DNA of 64,000 bases, from contig NZ_JAVZIN010000001.1 in assembly GCF_038871235.1 (NCBI RefSeq), forward strand, positions 32,001 through 96,000, in the 5' to 3' direction. This DNA is from Candidatus Hadarchaeum sp. GTDB taxonomy: Archaea; Hadarchaeota; Hadarchaeia; Hadarchaeales; Hadarchaeaceae. The notes below the pieces were generated by a model, which had not been told where the DNA came from, searched no databases, and saw only the letters and a program-made list of their open reading frames with translations. The position numbers and the translations under genes are program-made. This document shows, piece by piece, positions 9,443 to 19,562 of the stretch (within the stretch, counting starts at the first letter, position 1; the number at the start of each line of letters is the position of its first letter).

Positions 9443-10165
9443 TTAAAAAATCGTCTGTGAAGGAAAAACAGATCTCAAGCATTTCTGCGTGAAAAACCAG
9501 TGTTCAAAGAGTTTTTTCTCCATCTCCCGGTAATTACTGAACTCACTGCTAACTAGCGACCAGAACCCTTTACCGTGACCCCTTTCCCGCAGGTGAGCTA
9601 CTTCATGGCAGGCCAAGTACCAGACCAGTTCCTTGGGCAGAAGAACGAGTCGGAGGTTAAAGTTCAAATTACCCCGGAAGGAGCAGCTGCCCCACTTGCT
9701 CCGGTGTCTTTTAATGCAGACCCTCCTGAAGTTAACCCCAAATCGGGCGCTGTAGTAAGCCACCGCTTTATGTAGTTCCTCGGCGAGCATTTTCTTGAGC
9801 ATGGCCGCCAGTCTTTTTTTCTGAATAGCGTCGTCTAGGTCTAGTTCAATTATCCTCTTTATCGGATCAAAGACCAATGATTTGCCCCGTTGGATTTCGA
9901 AGAATTCTCCGAAGATGGGCAGAGTGTTGGGCCCCACCGTCTGTTTGCTCAACCTCTCAAGGGCGGACTTTATTTGTAAGTGTTTTTTTGAGATCCAACC
10001 AATTTTTTCCCTGAGCAGGGGGGTTTCATCGCCCCAGCCTAGCGGAAGGACGATCAGCAGCTCTCCAGCCCTGAATTCCAGCCGCGGGTTTCTAATTCTC
10101 CGGTGTTCGACTGAGTAGGGTAGAAGATCTCCATTGACCCGAATGAATTTCTCGTTTTTTACCAT
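9443..10165 (-). CDS. YgjP/DUF45 (M48-like) zinc metallopeptidase-family protein
   Basis: KWGSCS...LNFNLRL...HEVAHL...H..FW. Confidence 0.9.
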   Translation of the reverse strand: MVKNEKFIRVNGDLLPYSVEHRRIRNPRLEFRAGELLIVLPLGWGDETPLLREKIGWISKKHLQIKSALERLSKQTVGPNTLPIFGEFFEIQRGKSLVFDPIKRIIELDLDDAIQKKRLAAMLKKMLAEELHKAVAYYSARFGVNFRRVCIKRHRSKWGSCSFRGNLNFNLRLVLLPKELVWYLACHEVAHLRERGHGKGFWSLVSSEFSNYREMEKKLFEHWFFTQKCLRSVFPSQTIF

Positions 10166-10246
10166 GCCTTCACCAGCGAGCTTTATTTGAATTATTCCCG
10201 GATAAAATAAAACGAACGAACGCCTATAATGACTGGGGCGGATGCG

Positions 10247-10882
10247 ATGGTAAGGATAATCTCCTTTGACTTAGACGGGACCTTGGTGGACTGGACGTTC
10301 GCCGACGCCTTCTGGTTTGATTGCATGGCTAGGTTGTACTCGGAGCGCTGGGGCCTGAGCGTCCCAGAGGCGCTTCGTGAAATCAGGAGAAGATATGATG
10401 AGGTAGGCATGGACAATCTGGCTTGGTACAACATCGGTTACTGGTGGAAGGAGTTCGGCTTTGAAGGCAGCTGGAGAGAATTAATCGAGGAGTGTCGTCC
10501 TAAGGTCAGGCCGTACCCAGATGCTCGGGAGGCGCTGGAGCGACTTCACCAGAAGTTCAGGCTCATCGTCATCACGAATGGCATCAGGGAGCTGGCCGAG
10601 GTCGAGGTTAAGGAATCGGGTTTTGAGAAATATTTCGACCGGGTTTTTTCTGCAACCACAGACTTTGGTTTGGTGAAAAAGACCGGGGAGTTCTACCTGA
10701 AGGTCTTGGCGGAGATGGACGCCCCTGCCGACGAGGTGGTTCACATCGGCGATAACTACGTTTTTGATTACTTGGCGCCGCGGGAGGCAGGAATAAAGGC
10801 CTTCTTTCTCGACCGCGAGGGAAAGCACTCCGGAGATTTTGTCGTCCGAGATCTTCTGGAGTTCACAAGTAGACTGCTGTAG
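10247..10882 (+). CDS. HAD-superfamily hydrolase
   Basis: ISFDLDGTL, ITNG and HIGDN...D motifs. Confidence 0.92.
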   Translation: MVRIISFDLDGTLVDWTFADAFWFDCMARLYSERWGLSVPEALREIRRRYDEVGMDNLAWYNIGYWWKEFGFEGSWRELIEECRPKVRPYPDAREALERLHQKFRLIVITNGIRELAEVEVKESGFEKYFDRVFSATTDFGLVKKTGEFYLKVLAEMDAPADEVVHIGDNYVFDYLAPREAGIKAFFLDREGKHSGDFVVRDLLEFTSRLL

Positions 10883-10977
10883 GGCGGTTCACAAGCCTTT
10901 ATTAAACAGTTGCTGAGTTTTGGAGATAAGATAGACGCCACGTGGAGAAATTTAAAATACTAGATAGCCTACTTTAG

Positions 10978-11703
10978 CTAACCCACTGTTTTATTGGGAA
11001 CATTGGGTATCGGTTCGCCACCTTGAGTTAGATTGATGATCTTGGCCCCAAGCTCGGAGGAGAGCCAGCCAAGCAGCTCCCTGCATATTTCCAGCTTGAG
11101 TAGCTTGCGCGCTCTATTTTTCCTGCCGGAGTACTTCCCTATCTTTGTGCCGAGGTTCATGCCAGCGAGGTAGATCTCTTTCGCTCCCAGTTCCGCGGCC
11201 ATGAAGGCGGCCCGATCACCGTCCGTGAATCCACCGAAGTTGAAGAGTTTTCCAATTGGTTTTGTCTGGGTGGTGCCAATTATGCGCTCTAACAGCCTGG
11301 GGACGTATTTGCGGAGCCGGGCAATGTTATCTCCGTGACCGTGGACAACTAACCAGCTGCCATTTTTCCAAGCTCTAAGTTGGTCACCGATGGCGCCATC
11401 AAGGTCGGTGACGATGATTTCAGGATTTCGATATCGAATAACCGCCGATGTGGCTCCATCTGCCGGGATCAGGACTTTGTCCAGATAGCCCGCCCGTTTA
11501 AGCCTTTTCAAATCCTCTTCAAGCGATGGACCAGCCCCCAAGACGAGGCACTCATGACCCCTGATAATTTCTGCTAGCCTCTTGAGGTTTGGCTCCGGCA
11601 AAAGGCAATTCAGCAACTTGGCGGCTTCTAGATCCGCCTGCTCATCCAGCTTGAGTTTTTCCACGATCTCATGATACCAAGGTCTCCATTTCTCCCATTG
11701 CAT
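10978..11703 (-). CDS. mptE: 6-hydroxymethyl-7,8-dihydropterin pyrophosphokinase (MptE/DUF115)
   Basis: LGAGPSL, ADGAT, VTDLDG, HGHGDN and NFGGFTDGDRA. Confidence 0.9.
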   Translation of the reverse strand: MQWEKWRPWYHEIVEKLKLDEQADLEAAKLLNCLLPEPNLKRLAEIIRGHECLVLGAGPSLEEDLKRLKRAGYLDKVLIPADGATSAVIRYRNPEIIVTDLDGAIGDQLRAWKNGSWLVVHGHGDNIARLRKYVPRLLERIIGTTQTKPIGKLFNFGGFTDGDRAAFMAAELGAKEIYLAGMNLGTKIGKYSGRKNRARKLLKLEICRELLGWLSSELGAKIINLTQGGEPIPNVPNKTVG

Positions 11704-11709
11704 CAGGTC

Positions 11710-12081
11710 TCACCCCACGATCTCCAGCTCTATCTTCTCTCCCTGGTGGTTGTAAGCCTTCCAGGATTTTTCGTCGTAAGGAGAGGCGACTATTATGTGG
11801 ACACGGCCGAACTTCGCGAACAAGAGAAGGTCGTCCTCAGATGGCGTGGCTGCTGGTGAGGGGTGACTGTGAACGGTGCCGCAGGCGCTGGGGTCAATTG
11901 GCAGCATGTGGAGACGGAGGACCGCGGATTCCTCCGAGGAAAGCGTCCCGGGCAGCACCAGCACCTCCTTTATCACACCTCCTTTTGCCCTCAGAACTCC
12001 GGCAAACTCCCTAGGGTAGCTGGAGCGCGAAACCGCCAGGATGAATTTCAGCGTTTCCCGGTCAATCTTGTCGACCTTCAT
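11710..12081 (-). CDS. JAMM/MPN+ (Mov34) metalloprotease
   Basis: YPREFAG and the JAMM motif HSHP-x4-PS-x2-D; start moved to ATG 12081. Confidence 0.9.
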   Translation of the reverse strand: MKVDKIDRETLKFILAVSRSSYPREFAGVLRAKGGVIKEVLVLPGTLSSEESAVLRLHMLPIDPSACGTVHSHPSPAATPSEDDLLLFAKFGRVHIIVASPYDEKSWKAYNHQGEKIELEIVG

Positions 12082-12092
12082 TTCAGACACCT

Positions 12093-13958
12093 TTAAAGCC
12101 CGCCGTAAATCGTTTCGTATTGGGCCAGCACCTCTTGCCATGTCTCCTCGATCCTTGAGTAGATGTTGTTTTCGTATTCCTGCCTCCTGAAATAACCTGC
12201 AGTGGGATCGGCGAAAAGCCAGCCCTCGCCAAAGATATAAACCTCGGCCCAGGCGTGCCCCACGAGGTATTTTCCCTCGGAGGTCACACCAGCGATATCC
12301 GAGAATGGCGGTTCAACCTGGTCAAAGATCAGGAAACCGGTGACGCGTCTAGCTGGCAAGCCGGCAGTTCTCATGAGGGCTAAGTAAAGATTGGCTTTAT
12401 CCAAGCACTTCCCGGTTCTCATCTCCAAAACCTCTTCCGAAGTGAACCAGCCTAAGACTAGAGGGTAGGGATACGATATGTTTTTGTAGACCCATCCGCA
12501 GGCATTTTCAGCGAATTGTTCGGCTGCCCCGGATTGTCTTAGCTCTGAGATAATTTGATTCACCCTGTCTGTCCCTGTGATGACGTACTTTTCTCCGAGT
12601 GTGAAATAAGCCAGATAGGCCGGAACTTCAACGCCGCCCTTCAACAGAAATCCCGTGGGTGTGGGTAAAAATTTCAATTGGCCGGGCAAGATTCCTTGTT
12701 CTCGGTGGGAGGAAATGGCCCGGAGAAAGGTGAGCAAGGCGTCTCTGGGTCTCACGCTGCCGATCGGACTGTCAATGCTCTCGGGCGATTTCCCGGTCGA
12801 GTTGATGCGGTCGCGGACATCTCGGGCCAGAGCCACCAGTTCCTCTGTGGTTAGTGTTTTCAGGAAGGCGTCCCAGTCTCCTTTTTCAGCTTCTGGTGGC
12901 GTCACGGGGATGGGGTTTTTGCCACTGAGCAACGGCCCAGTGCCGTTTTCGTAAATTTTGATGATTTGCAGCGCCGAATAGTAAAGCAGTTGATGGGTTG
13001 AGAGGTTAAGCTCGATTCCATCCAGAAAAACGTCATATGAGTTTCTTTCCCTTCCAAACTTCATCTCAGCAGCTATCCCAGTCGCGATATCCTCAAAGCT
13101 CACAGGCGGTGGAACATCCGTGTACTCAATGCTGACGAACCTAGTATTTTCTAAAAGTTCCTCAGCCGAGATCGAAAGGGGGTGGGAAGTAACTGTGAGA
13201 AGATCTTCCATCACCACGGCCTGTGCCTCCTCAACATCAGTGATGTGAAAGATGAAGGTTTCCTTAGTACCGCCGCCGAAGTCAATGATATATCTGAAAG
13301 TCGCGTCTCTAGGACTGACAATTTTGGCCCCATAGGGCAGGAGGTAGGTCATTGTGGAAACGATGTTGAGCTGGCAGACCTCAGAGGGGTCATTGGAGAA
13401 GAGGGAAAGGCTGCCCTGCAGGTCCTTGATCTGGTTCAAAGTGTTGCGGGCATAGGTCTCTGCATCAACGGGCTCGATGGTGATCTTCCATAGCCCGTTT
13501 TCCCAGTGGGCCAGTTGCGTTACCGTCCATTCTGCCGTTATCCTAAGATCATTGCCCACTCCTAAGTTAACGAGGTCGCAGCGGGTGACCTCGATCTCTT
13601 GGCCAAAGACGGCGTAGGAGCCCTTCAGCTCCGCGATGTACATTTGTCGGGCATTTTCTATACCAATTCCATGAACTAGAGTACCGCCAATTGTCCCGCC
13701 CGTAAAGGACAAAACGTTTAGATCGGTGAATTCCGATGCTGGCATCACCATGTTCCATTCCGCTTCTGCACCGCCGCCTTCCGCTATTCTGAAAATCGTG
13801 TTCTCATAGTAGTAGAATACCTTTGACTTTTCTTCCGGCTGGGGCAACGGAGATCTCGTCAGAATCTGGATGCTTACGGCCGATACCAAAATGACGGCAA
13901 AACTCACGATTAGGATAAGTAGCCCTGCCGTCACCTTTCTCGTTTTACCTACCTCCAA
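12093..13958 (-). CDS. Membrane-anchored transglutaminase-like protein with pseudomurein-binding-like repeats
   Basis: N-terminal TM helix; C-terminal Cys-His-Asp triad (GKCLDKA, GHAWAE, ADPT); central segments resemble PMB repeats. Confidence 0.8.
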   Translation of the reverse strand: MEVGKTRKVTAGLLILIVSFAVILVSAVSIQILTRSPLPQPEEKSKVFYYYENTIFRIAEGGGAEAEWNMVMPASEFTDLNVLSFTGGTIGGTLVHGIGIENARQMYIAELKGSYAVFGQEIEVTRCDLVNLGVGNDLRITAEWTVTQLAHWENGLWKITIEPVDAETYARNTLNQIKDLQGSLSLFSNDPSEVCQLNIVSTMTYLLPYGAKIVSPRDATFRYIIDFGGGTKETFIFHITDVEEAQAVVMEDLLTVTSHPLSISAEELLENTRFVSIEYTDVPPPVSFEDIATGIAAEMKFGRERNSYDVFLDGIELNLSTHQLLYYSALQIIKIYENGTGPLLSGKNPIPVTPPEAEKGDWDAFLKTLTTEELVALARDVRDRINSTGKSPESIDSPIGSVRPRDALLTFLRAISSHREQGILPGQLKFLPTPTGFLLKGGVEVPAYLAYFTLGEKYVITGTDRVNQIISELRQSGAAEQFAENACGWVYKNISYPYPLVLGWFTSEEVLEMRTGKCLDKANLYLALMRTAGLPARRVTGFLIFDQVEPPFSDIAGVTSEGKYLVGHAWAEVYIFGEGWLFADPTAGYFRRQEYENNIYSRIEETWQEVLAQYETIYGGL

Positions 13959-14955
13959 TGTCGGCTCGTGCCCTTCTCACCGCTTCGACCATGTTTTTCA
14001 GCTTGGCCACGGCCTCTTCCTTGGAGCGGGTCTTCAGGCCGCAGTCTGGGTCTATCCAGAGCTGCTCGGGTTGGAGAACTTCTAGGGCTCTTTTGATCCT
14101 TCTCTCGATGGTTTCCACACTTTCCACCTCGTGGGAATGGACGTCCAAAACCCCGAAGGAGAGGTCTTTGGTGAACGGATGCACCCGGAATAGCTCAACG
14201 AGGTCAAGTTCCGAATTCGACATCTCTAGGTCGAAGTTGTCCACCGGCAGCTTGAGCATCTCCGGGTAGATGAATTCAAAAGCGCCGTAACAGATGTGGC
14301 AGATGAAATAGGCGTCGATGCCACGGGTAACAGTCTGAATGGCTTCGATGGCGAACTCGGAGAGTTCCTCGGGCCTGGCCGATATTGCCGGTTCATCAAT
14401 TTGGATTATCTTGGCTCCAGCATTGGAGAGGGCCTTGACTTCCTGGTGCAGTGCCTTGGCCAGCGCCAAACAGGCATCCCGCCTTGAGGGATAGTATTCA
14501 TTGAAGGACCAGTCCATCATGGTGTAGGGCCCGGTTATCATGCCTTTGAGCGGCTTCTTCGTCAGGCCTTGGGCGAATTTCCACCAGTCCACCGTGATCG
14601 GGCCTTTCCACCTGATTTCACCCGCGATGACGGGCTTTCGGTAGTAGCGGTTACCGTAGCTGCGGACCAGCCCACTGGTCTTGAACCCCTCCAAGTGTTC
14701 GGCAAAATAGGCGGCCATGTCCCCGCGGTACATCTCCCCGTCGACGAGGACATCGATGCCCAGCTCCTCTTGAGTCGCTATCCACTCTTCCGTTGCCTTT
14801 TTCTCCAGCGCCCTGAGTTCAGCTGCTCCTATCTTCTTCGCCGAGAACTTCTGCCTAGCCTCAAGAATGTAAGGGGGCTTGGGCAGGCTCCCCACTGAAG
14901 TCGTGGGCAGTAGCGGCAGATTGATTCCGAGTCTCTCCAGTTTTTCCCGCATCAA
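13945..14955 (-). CDS. metE: Cobalamin-independent methionine synthase, catalytic half of a split MetE
   Basis: PTTSVGSLP, DGEMYR, IQIDEPA and Zn ligands CHICYG, E, PDCG. Confidence 0.9.
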   Translation of the reverse strand: MMREKLERLGINLPLLPTTSVGSLPKPPYILEARQKFSAKKIGAAELRALEKKATEEWIATQEELGIDVLVDGEMYRGDMAAYFAEHLEGFKTSGLVRSYGNRYYRKPVIAGEIRWKGPITVDWWKFAQGLTKKPLKGMITGPYTMMDWSFNEYYPSRRDACLALAKALHQEVKALSNAGAKIIQIDEPAISARPEELSEFAIEAIQTVTRGIDAYFICHICYGAFEFIYPEMLKLPVDNFDLEMSNSELDLVELFRVHPFTKDLSFGVLDVHSHEVESVETIERRIKRALEVLQPEQLWIDPDCGLKTRSKEEAVAKLKNMVEAVRRARADIGGR

Positions 14956-15935
14956 ATCATCCTCCTCATCCCCTCAGCGACTGCGGCCACAACCTTAAGT
15001 TTTTGGAACGCGATTTCCCGCGGCAGATAGTCACCGAGGCCGCAGGAGGGATTTATGTAGACAGTGTCGCCTTTCAGGGACGGGAGCATCTGTTGTAGTT
15101 TCTCTAGCAGTTCTTCAGGTCTTTCCAGTTTAGTGTTTCTGCCGTCGATGAATCCCAATCCGATATCCTTGTCACAGCCCTGCTCTTCTATCACCTGAGG
15201 GAGCCTAGGACTGTAGGTAAAGTCTAGGCCGATTACGTCAATGGGAAGTTCAAGCATTTTTTCATAAAGTGGGGCCACGTCGCCGAAGTAGGTGTAGAGA
15301 GCCAAGTAGGAACTCCCCTTCTCTCCTGCGATGATTTCCACGGCTTCGCTGAAAAGTTCGAACTCTTCCGGATGCTTTAGGATGGCCGGTTCGTCGACTT
15401 GGATTATTTCGGCACCCTCCTCTTTCAAATCCTTCACCTCAGCCGCGATGATTTCGGCGAAGTTCCTAACGATTTTTTGAAGGCCCAGCCCACTCCTGTC
15501 AATCGAAAGCTTGGCTAACGTGTAGGGACCGGTCAATACCGGCTTCACCGGCTTTTTGGATACCTTCTTGGCAAAGGAGAACTCTCTCCTCAGCACCGCC
15601 CCACGCCGCGACAGCTTGCCCTCAATCACCGGCTGCCTGAAGTAAAAATTGGTGTCGAAGAACCGGAGTAACCCGTTGATCCTACAGCCATTGATCGCCC
15701 TAGCTAGGTGGGAGATTGGGTCGTACCAGCGTACCTGACCATCGGTGACGAGATCCAGCCCGGCCTTAATCTGTTCCTCAATAACTTCTTGAGTAATCTC
15801 ATCTTGGATTTTTTCAAATTCCTCCGTCGTGATCTCGCAACGCTCCAGCCGGGCGTAGGCTTGGCGGTGGCGCTGTTGTTCGGGACGATCGCCTATGCGG
15901 GGATAGCTCCCGGCACTGGTGGCCACAATCTTCAT
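14952..15935 (-). CDS. Split MetE, N-terminal (folate-binding-like) half
   Basis: GSYPRIG, TDGQVRW, RFFDTNFYFR, GPYTLA; LYTYFG replaces the HxC Zn motif; overlaps the catalytic half by 4 nt. Confidence 0.85.
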   Translation of the reverse strand: MKIVATSAGSYPRIGDRPEQQRHRQAYARLERCEITTEEFEKIQDEITQEVIEEQIKAGLDLVTDGQVRWYDPISHLARAINGCRINGLLRFFDTNFYFRQPVIEGKLSRRGAVLRREFSFAKKVSKKPVKPVLTGPYTLAKLSIDRSGLGLQKIVRNFAEIIAAEVKDLKEEGAEIIQVDEPAILKHPEEFELFSEAVEIIAGEKGSSYLALYTYFGDVAPLYEKMLELPIDVIGLDFTYSPRLPQVIEEQGCDKDIGLGFIDGRNTKLERPEELLEKLQQMLPSLKGDTVYINPSCGLGDYLPREIAFQKLKVVAAVAEGMRRMI

Positions 15936-16003
15936 TTGAATCATATTCGATATTTTCTTGAGAGTTAAATAGATACTCGATGAAGATAGAAGAGGGGGTA
16001 AAC

Positions 16004-16612
16004 ATGGAGATAGGGAAGAAATTCTATCCACATCCGAACCTGAAAAAGGTCTACTTTAGTTATCTGGCGCTTGCGGCCGCGGTGCCTCTGGCAGTTTGTC
16101 TGTTTGTTCTCTACGCAGCAGCGACCTATGCCCCAGAGCTCTGGCGCGGGAGCTGGCCCTATCTGATGTTGCCACTGGCGGCAGTGGTGATCATCATCGC
16201 CTTTGTTATCTATTGGATTCAAAAGTACTACGCCTCCATCTCGTACACGCTGACTTCCGATGAAGTGCTGGTCGAGCGGGGGGTCTGGTGGAAGATGAAG
16301 CACACGGTCCCCTATGCGAGGGTGATGTCGATAGACGTCATTCAAGGCCCGTTGTCCAGAAAATTTGGAATCGGCTCGGTGCAGATATACACCGCCGGAT
16401 ATACGGGTCCGGTAGGTGGAACCTCAGGACCCGGCTCCAGAGGCGCTGAGGCGTCAATCTGGGGTGTGACCAACTTTTTGGAGATAAGGGAGACCATATT
16501 GAGACATGTTAGAAGCAGGCCGTTATTCGGCGTGTCGGGCAAAGCACCCGCTGACGTTGGGACGGAGATATTGAAGGAACTGAGAAGCATAAGAAGAGCT
16601 CTGGCAAGGTGA
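16004..16612 (+). CDS. Bacterial-PH-domain (YdbS-like) membrane protein
   Basis: Two TM helices followed by RGVWW...VPYARV...QGPLSRKFGIG...TAG. Confidence 0.85.
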   Translation: MEIGKKFYPHPNLKKVYFSYLALAAAVPLAVCLFVLYAAATYAPELWRGSWPYLMLPLAAVVIIIAFVIYWIQKYYASISYTLTSDEVLVERGVWWKMKHTVPYARVMSIDVIQGPLSRKFGIGSVQIYTAGYTGPVGGTSGPGSRGAEASIWGVTNFLEIRETILRHVRSRPLFGVSGKAPADVGTEILKELRSIRRALAR

Positions 16613-16625
16613 ACTGGGTGAGTGG

Positions 16626-17546
16626 ATGGGCGAAGGGAAAGGTTACGGAAAAGTGATACTCTTCAATGAACACTTTGTCGTCTACGGCGTCCCTTCCATA
16701 GTGTCCGCCATCGAGAAGGCAACAGTTGCTAGGGTCGAACGAGGGGAGGGCTCAGGTTGGGTTCTGGATGACCGCAGGCCAGCCACGCCCGGTTACAAAG
16801 AGGAAAAGCAGGAGCAGCAACGCGATTCCATTGAGCGGGTTCTGAGGGCTGCCGGGGTGGATCTATCCAAGATCTCACTCAAAATAACCTTAGCGGGTGA
16901 CCTGGTAGCTGCCAGCGGAATTGGAGCGAGCGCGGCCTCTTGTGTGGCTCTAGCTAGGGCTCTTTCCCAGGAGTTTAACCTGTCTTTCTCGGATGAACAA
17001 ATCAACCAGATTGCCTACGAGGGTGAGAAGGCCTATCATGGGAATCCTTCCGGAGTGGACAACACTGCCGCGACCTATGGTGGGTTGCTCTGGTTCATCC
17101 GTGGAAAGCCGATAGAAAGGATCTCGATAAAGCGCCCGGTTGAGATAGTGATGGGCAACACTGGTCTAGTCGCCAACACCGAGGCGGCTGTGGCTGGAGT
17201 CAGGGAACGCCGCCAGAAGAACTCGGTTAAATATGAGAAGATTTTCAAGGAGGCGGAGGAACTGGCCTATATAGCGAGGAAGGCGCTTGTGGACTATGAC
17301 CTTAGAACGGTCGGAATGCTTATGGACAGAAATCACCAGCTTCTGCAGGCGATTGAGGTTTCCTGCAAAGAGCTGGATTTCTTGGTCGAGCTAGCCCGGG
17401 AAAATGGCGCCTACGGGGCGAAGATGACGGGCGGCGGACTGGGTGGCAACATGGTGGCGCTCACCCCAGGCAAGGACCTTCAGGAAAGGGTGGCCCGGGC
17501 TATAATAAAGGAGGGCTTTGAGGCCCTGATGATGCGGATAGGGTGA
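16626..17546 (+). CDS. mvk: Mevalonate kinase
   Basis: GKVILFNEHFVVYG, GHMP motif SGIGASAA, HGNPSGVD and GAKMTGGGLGG. Confidence 0.93.
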   Translation: MGEGKGYGKVILFNEHFVVYGVPSIVSAIEKATVARVERGEGSGWVLDDRRPATPGYKEEKQEQQRDSIERVLRAAGVDLSKISLKITLAGDLVAASGIGASAASCVALARALSQEFNLSFSDEQINQIAYEGEKAYHGNPSGVDNTAATYGGLLWFIRGKPIERISIKRPVEIVMGNTGLVANTEAAVAGVRERRQKNSVKYEKIFKEAEELAYIARKALVDYDLRTVGMLMDRNHQLLQAIEVSCKELDFLVELARENGAYGAKMTGGGLGGNMVALTPGKDLQERVARAIIKEGFEALMMRIG

Positions 17547-17550
17547 TGTC

Positions 17551-18822
17551 TTGGATCTGCGCAGTTTTTTAAAAGTGCTTGATGAAAGGGGTCTGCTCAC
17601 GAGGATCAGGCGCCCCGTCGACACAAGGTATGAGATTTCGACCCTGATGAGGCTCAGAAATGATCGGCCACTGCTGTTTGAAAACGTCAAGGGATTTTCC
17701 ATGCCCGTGGTAGCTAACCTTTGCTCCACGCGCGAGCTGGTGGCCTTAGGCCTAGGCATAAAACCCAATGAGATCATCTCAAAGCTGGCTTGGGCGATTG
17801 ATCACCCGAAGGAACCCAAGCTGGTTAAAGCTGAGGGTTATCGTGAAGTTTCTGCCGACCTCACCCAATTTCCGATATTGCTGCATTATCCGTTCGACGG
17901 AGGACCTTACCTTTCCTCAGCCGTGGTAATCGCGCGGGACCCGGAACTCGGTTTAAATGCTTCTTTCCACAGGATGATGGTGGTCGGAAAGGACAGAGTG
18001 GTGGTCAGGATATTGCCGCGCGATTTCGATGCCTTTCTCAAACGCGGGAATAAGGAGTTCGCCATCTGCGTCGGCTGTTCGGTTCCGGTGCTGGTTGCAG
18101 CGGCGGTCTCGGTGGAACTGGGAAAGAGCGAGCTGAGCATCGCCAATGCGCTGGGCGAAACCAACCTGATTGAACTGGGGGGACACAAGGTACCAGAAGC
18201 AGAAATAGTGATGATTGCCGAGATGACGGGGGAGGAGCAGGAAGAAGGCCCGTTTGTTGACCTCACGGAGATCCCCGACATGGTGAGGAGGCAGCCGGTG
18301 GCCAAAATCAAGAGGGTGTTTGTCAGGGAGGGGGCCGTTTATCAGGCGCTGCTTCCGGGAGGTCTGGAGCACAAGACGCTGATGGGCATGCCACGGGAGC
18401 CGACGATCTTTCGCGAGGTTAACAGTGTCTGCGAGTGTAAGGATGTTTATATTACCCCTGGTGGCTGCTCATGGCTCCACGCCGTGGTCAGCATAAAGAA
18501 GAAGAACCCGGATGACGGCAGAAAGGCGATTGAGGCGGCGTTCAGGGGGCATAAATCCTTGAAGCACGTCTGGGTGGTTGACGATGACATCGACGTTCAC
18601 AACCCGCATGAGGTCGAATGGGCAATGGCCACGAGATTTCAGGGTGATCGGGACATCATAATGAAAAAGGAACCGGGATCTTCTCTTGACCCCTCATCGG
18701 ACATGAAGACGAGGATGACTACTAAGATGGGCTTTGATTTAACGGTGCCTTGGGGAGAAGGTCAGAAAGGTTTCTTCAAGCCAGAGCCCCCGTTGAAACT
18801 GGACTTTGATAGCTATCTGTAA
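17551..18822 (+). CDS. UbiD-family decarboxylase, likely anhydromevalonate-phosphate decarboxylase
   Basis: DGGPY, EGPFVDLT, GGCSWLH, VVDDDID and GSSLDPS; lies 4 nt after mvk. Confidence 0.85.
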   Translation: MDLRSFLKVLDERGLLTRIRRPVDTRYEISTLMRLRNDRPLLFENVKGFSMPVVANLCSTRELVALGLGIKPNEIISKLAWAIDHPKEPKLVKAEGYREVSADLTQFPILLHYPFDGGPYLSSAVVIARDPELGLNASFHRMMVVGKDRVVVRILPRDFDAFLKRGNKEFAICVGCSVPVLVAAAVSVELGKSELSIANALGETNLIELGGHKVPEAEIVMIAEMTGEEQEEGPFVDLTEIPDMVRRQPVAKIKRVFVREGAVYQALLPGGLEHKTLMGMPREPTIFREVNSVCECKDVYITPGGCSWLHAVVSIKKKNPDDGRKAIEAAFRGHKSLKHVWVVDDDIDVHNPHEVEWAMATRFQGDRDIIMKKEPGSSLDPSSDMKTRMTTKMGFDLTVPWGEGQKGFFKPEPPLKLDFDSYL

Positions 18823-18896
18823 ATTATAAAACGATGTTAAGTGTTGGCACTACCGGGGGAACCAAGTTCGAGTATCAACAGCGGATGTTATTGATC

Positions 18897-18910
18897 TGCA
18901 CACGTGTGCA
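18897..18910. promoter_or_regulatory. Perfect palindrome TGCACACGTGTGCA upstream of grpE
   Basis: Intergenic; identical copy at 61137-61150. Confidence 0.6.
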
Positions 18911-19006
18911 CAGTCTAAATAGTCGAGTTGCAAAAGTACAAAAGATAAAATTTAAAAAATCTGGTAAATTAAAAAGGTTATAGTCGCGGGAATTTAACGG
19001 CTTGAA

Positions 19007-19558
19007 ATGATACCGTTTGAGATCAGTTTTTCTGAGGTGGGTGTAATGGCTGCGGAGATGAAGATGGAGCCGGAAACACAGAAATTGCAGGAGAAACTGG
19101 CGGAACTGCAGAAAGAGATGGAGGAGAAGACCAAGCTAGCTGAGGAGAGGTTGAACCAGCTGAAGTACCTGCAGGCCGATTTTGAGAACTACCGGAAGAG
19201 CTTGGATCGGGAAAAAGAGCAGATCATTGAGCTGGCAAACGAGTGTTTAATCAAGGATTTGCTGGTCGTGCTGGATGATTTCGAGAGGGCCCTGCAGTCG
19301 ATGAAGGAAGGAAAGGACAAGGAGGGGCTTTCCATGCTTTATAAAAACTTTTTCAAGATTCTGGAACAGCACGGGCTGAAACCGATTGAAGCGCTGGGGA
19401 AGAAGTTTGATCCCTACTATCATGAGGCGGTCTTGCGGGAAAAGTCGGATCGGGAGGAGGGGACCATCCTCGAGGAGTTTCAGAGGGGGTATATGCTTAA
19501 ATCTAAAGTTATCAGACACTCAAAAGTGAAAGTCGCTGAAAAATCAACTGAGGGGTGA
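19007..19558 (+). CDS. grpE: Nucleotide exchange factor GrpE
   Basis: [18 protein letters not shown] and GYML...VIRHSKVKV; true start may be 19046. Confidence 0.96.
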   Translation: MIPFEISFSEVGVMAAEMKMEPETQKLQEKLAELQKEMEEKTKLAEERLNQLKYLQADFENYRKSLDREKEQIIELANECLIKDLLVVLDDFERALQSMKEGKDKEGLSMLYKNFFKILEQHGLKPIEALGKKFDPYYHEAVLREKSDREEGTILEEFQRGYMLKSKVIRHSKVKVAEKSTEG

Positions 19559-19562
19559 TTTC

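Noticed and set aside
11710-13958. Adjacent transglutaminase-like and JAMM genes as an isopeptide writer/eraser pair
   Set aside because: The first is predicted to be extracellular and the second cytoplasmic, and no ubiquitin-like gene is nearby.
18844-18875. TTGGCACT upstream of grpE as a CIRCE element
   Set aside because: Only a partial left arm is present; there is no GAGTGCTAA arm at 9-nt spacing and no hrcA in the window.
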